NCBI GenBank assembly: GCA_039208735.1
Contig: JBCCQY010000032.1
Coordinates: 1-64,000, forward strand
Origin: Myxococcota bacterium
GTDB taxonomy: Bacteria; Myxococcota_A; UBA796; GCA-2862545
Direction: 5' to 3'
Length of the DNA: 64,000 nucleotides
Shown: positions 61,225 through 64,000 of the stretch, in pieces
How the letters are laid out: the number at the start of each line of letters is the position of its first letter
How positions within the stretch are numbered: the first letter of the stretch is position 1
Notes under the pieces: model-generated
Database searches by the model: none
What the model was told of the DNA's origin: nothing
Seen by the model: only the letters and a program-made list of their open reading frames with translations
Translations under genes and position numbers: made by a program

Positions 61225-62820
61225 TCAGAGCACGCAGACGCCCGTGACGTCGACACCCGCGGTGGTGTCCACCTCGAGGGTCGCAGCCGGTGCAACAAGA
61301 CCGCTGAGCTGGTAGTTCGCATCGTCCGCATCGAGGCACACGCCATCGGCAACCACGTCGACATAATAGTCGATCACGTACGTGCTGCCGCTGACCACGG
61401 TGAGCGGGAACCGAATGGTGAAGCCGCCCGCCACAATGACCGATTCGCCGCCGTCAAGGGCGGTGGGCTTGGCTGCGGTGTCGGAGAGACGAGCGTAGAC
61501 TCGCGCGCCATCGTTGGCATCGAAGCCTGTGCCCGTGAGCACCGTGTCAAAGCGATCTTCGAGGCAGTCCGACACGCCGGCTAGCAAGTAGAACGGGTTG
61601 CCGTCGTCGTCGGTGTCGTTGCGAGGATCGCCATCCTGGTTCGCGTCTTCGAGGATGGTCGGGCAGCCGTCGTTGTCGTCATCGATGTCGAGATAGTCAT
61701 CGATGCCGTCGCCATCGGTGTCAACACCCACCGGCTGGTCTGGCAGGTCGCCATCGCCGTTGGGCAGACCCAGCTCGTCCTCGGTTTCGACACCGTCGTT
61801 GTCGTCGTCGAGGTCGCGGTAGTTCGCGAGGCCGTCTCCGTCGCTGTCGTCGTCGGTCACAAGGCCGTTGCCATTCAGGTCTTCGTCAAGGGTCAAGATG
61901 TCGTCACCGTCTTCATCGAGATCGATGAAGTCCGCGCGGCCATCTTCATCAAGGTCGTCGTCGCAAGGGTTGCCGTTGCCGTTGAAGTCCTCATCGATGG
62001 TGAGCACCCCGTCCCCGTCATCGTCAGGATCGTAGGGGTCGAGTGCACCGTCACCATCGACGTCATCGGACTGGAACACCCCGTCGTCGGGGTTGGGGTC
62101 GAACTGGATGATTCCGTCGGGGATGCTGTCTTCGCAGCCGATTGCACCGTCTCCGTCATCATCGGAGTCGATCCAGTTGGGGAAGCCATCGCAATCGAAG
62201 TCATCGTTCATGGGGTTGCCGTCGTTGGCCGTTGTCGCGCCCCCGCAGGCTGCACCGCTGCCCACCAGGTCTTCGGTCGCGACTAGCGCCAGGTCGTCGT
62301 CGTCATCGTCGTCGAGGTAGTTGGGCGTACCATCGGCATCGAAGTCGTCGTTGAGCGGCGAGCCGTCACCGTCGCCCGCCGGCACCGCATCTTCCATGAT
62401 GGTCGGGATGGTGTCATTGTCATCATCGTCATCGAGCATGTCGATGATGCCGTCACGGTCGGTGTCGAGGACTTCATCGAGAATGTCGGCGTCGGCCTGA
62501 TCATCGTCCTGACGTACGAGGCGGCCCAGCTCATCGATATCGGACACGCCGTCATTGTCGCTGTCGGCGGAGTCGGAGTTCGAGCCGATGATGTCTTCCT
62601 GACAGTCCACAATGCCGTCAAGGTCATCGTCGTCCATCCGGTCTTCGGTGCTGTCCGTCTCCTGGAACGGTGGACATGGCCATCCCATAAGCACGACGGG
62701 GGGTTCCAGTCCCGGGAAGTCCACGAGTGGGTCAGCCTGTTCGGAAACGGGATTTTCGTCCGTCGTCCCGCAGGCGATGGTGATCGAAAGGACAAGCGGG
62801 ACAAGGAAACGACGAGCCAT
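61225..62820 (-). CDS. Lipoprotein with thrombospondin type-3 (Ca2+-binding) repeats and C-terminal beta domain
   Basis: RBS GGAGG; lipobox ITIAC; many DxDxDG...DxDDDxDG repeats. Confidence 0.82.
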   Translation of the reverse strand: MARRFLVPLVLSITIACGTTDENPVSEQADPLVDFPGLEPPVVLMGWPCPPFQETDSTEDRMDDDDLDGIVDCQEDIIGSNSDSADSDNDGVSDIDELGRLVRQDDDQADADILDEVLDTDRDGIIDMLDDDDDNDTIPTIMEDAVPAGDGDGSPLNDDFDADGTPNYLDDDDDDDLALVATEDLVGSGAACGGATTANDGNPMNDDFDCDGFPNWIDSDDDGDGAIGCEDSIPDGIIQFDPNPDDGVFQSDDVDGDGALDPYDPDDDGDGVLTIDEDFNGNGNPCDDDLDEDGRADFIDLDEDGDDILTLDEDLNGNGLVTDDDSDGDGLANYRDLDDDNDGVETEDELGLPNGDGDLPDQPVGVDTDGDGIDDYLDIDDDNDGCPTILEDANQDGDPRNDTDDDGNPFYLLAGVSDCLEDRFDTVLTGTGFDANDGARVYARLSDTAAKPTALDGGESVIVAGGFTIRFPLTVVSGSTYVIDYYVDVVADGVCLDADDANYQLSGLVAPAATLEVDTTAGVDVTGVCVL

Positions 62821-62904
62821 CTGGAGGCCTCCGGGCAAGGTGGTGCCGGTGCGACCGCGAACGTTAACGCGCCGACGCCCCGCGGACGAGGAGCAGGCGC
62901 TCTG

Positions 62905-64000
62905 TCAGTGGAAGTTTCGTGCTCTTACGGGAATCCTGGACAGGGGTACCGGCAGTTCAGCTGGAGGGGGCGCTTCGGGGCCGAGGTTCGCGGGGAGCAG
63001 GGCTTCGGGGTCGGGATCGGGGACTTCCCAGAGCGTTTCGACAAGCACCGACAACGCGCCCTCGGAACGCTGCACCCGCCCGTCACATCCGAGCAGGGAG
63101 TGTTGCATTGCGAGACGGCGGAACCGCTGCCAAGTCTTGGGCCACACCACGAGGTTTGCAAGCCCCGTCTCGTCCTCGAACGTCATGAACACGACGCCTT
63201 TGGCCGTACCAGGGCGCTGCCGGGATGAGATGAGACCCGCGATCTTCACCCGGTCGCCGTGGGCGTGGTCCATGAGGCGGGCCAAGGGGATAGCGCCGCG
63301 TTGGGTCAGGGCCCCACGAATGAGTTGCAACGGATGCTGATCGACCGAGAGGCCCACGGTTCGGTAGTCCGCCTTCAATCGATCGAGCCGGCTCTGGGCA
63401 GGAAGTTCGGCGGGAGGCTCATTCCGGGTGAGTCCGGCGAACAAGGGCAATTCGGTCCACAACCCTTGCAATGCCCAGGCGGCCTGGCGTCGATCGGGCC
63501 CTGCGATGGCGGTCAGCGCTCCGGATTCGGCGAGGATTTGGAGCCGACGACGCCCCAGTTGGGTGCGACGAGCGAGGTCGGCGAGGCTTGTGAAGGGCTG
63601 TTCGTCTCGGGCGAGCAGAACGGCTTCGCTGTGTTCTTCGCCAAAGGACTCCAACAACCGCAGGCCTACTCGGATGGTGAGGGCTCCGTCTTCATTGGGT
63701 TCGAGGGTGCAGTCATGATCGGAACGGACCACACAGGGAGGTCGAACCTCGACCCCGTGGCGTTGGGCGTCGGCGAGGAGCGCTCGTGGGCTGTAGAAGC
63801 CCATGGGCTGACTGTTGATGAGGGCCGCCGCAAAGGCGGCGGGATGGTGATGTTTGAGCCAACCCGAGACGTAAACGAGCAGCGCGAAGCTTGCCGCATG
63901 GGACTCGGGAAAGCCGTATTCGCCAAACCCTAGGATCTGGGCGAACACCGAATTGGCATATTCGCGATCGATGCCACGTGAGACCATGCCCTCGACCAGG
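62905..64000 (-). CDS. dnaE2: Error-prone DNA polymerase DnaE2 (ImuC), 3' part
   Basis: GFGEYGFPESHAASFALLVYVSGWLK, NSQPMGFYSP, RQRPGTAKGVVFMTFEDETG, terminal ARNFH (SRDFH-type). Confidence 0.95.
   Translation of the reverse strand, partial: LVEGMVSRGIDREYANSVFAQILGFGEYGFPESHAASFALLVYVSGWLKHHHPAAFAAALINSQPMGFYSPRALLADAQRHGVEVRPPCVVRSDHDCTLEPNEDGALTIRVGLRLLESFGEEHSEAVLLARDEQPFTSLADLARRTQLGRRRLQILAESGALTAIAGPDRRQAAWALQGLWTELPLFAGLTRNEPPAELPAQSRLDRLKADYRTVGLSVDQHPLQLIRGALTQRGAIPLARLMDHAHGDRVKIAGLISSRQRPGTAKGVVFMTFEDETGLANLVVWPKTWQRFRRLAMQHSLLGCDGRVQRSEGALSVLVETLWEVPDPDPEALLPANLGPEAPPPAELPVPLSRIPVRARNFH

Noticed and set aside
61580..62640. Repetitive GTC/ATC-rich DNA resembling a repeat array or CRISPR
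   Set aside because: Explained by Asp-rich TSP3 protein repeats; no identical repeats with unique spacers.

Overview
GC-rich, gene-dense chromosomal window from what looks like a Myxococcota (deltaproteobacterial) genome. I can support about 58 protein genes. I saw no rRNA, tRNA, CRISPR array or recognisable mobile element. Main content: (1) an adventurous-gliding cluster gltD-gltE-gltF-gltG-gltH, followed by an rplC lying outside the S10 operon; (2) a second gliding-like cluster on the minus strand (bactofilin-like gene, VWA lipoprotein, GltA/B-like beta-barrel, GltC-like TPR protein, M16 peptidase, hemW); (3) a TatT-DctP-DctQM TRAP (TPAT) transporter between guaB and pyrE; (4) housekeeping genes (acetoacetate-CoA ligase, aminopeptidase P, folK, transaldolase, TetR-etfBA, Na+/H+ antiporter, BtpA, 3' part of dnaE2); (5) many uncharacterised lipoproteins. 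Most notable observations: an apparently catalytically dead LexA/UmuD (S24)-fold protein with a beta-clamp-type motif and an SOS-box-like site about 3 kb from dnaE2; a divergent BshC-like enzyme heading an Omp85/MMPL gene run; a cNMP-sensor fused to a degenerate PhcB-like methyltransferase; a TerB-FHA-ABC fusion; a DctQM with a large insertion; a TIGR02996-like pseudogene; and a probable chimeric junction in the first ~80 nt. All family calls come from motif recognition by eye, not database searches.
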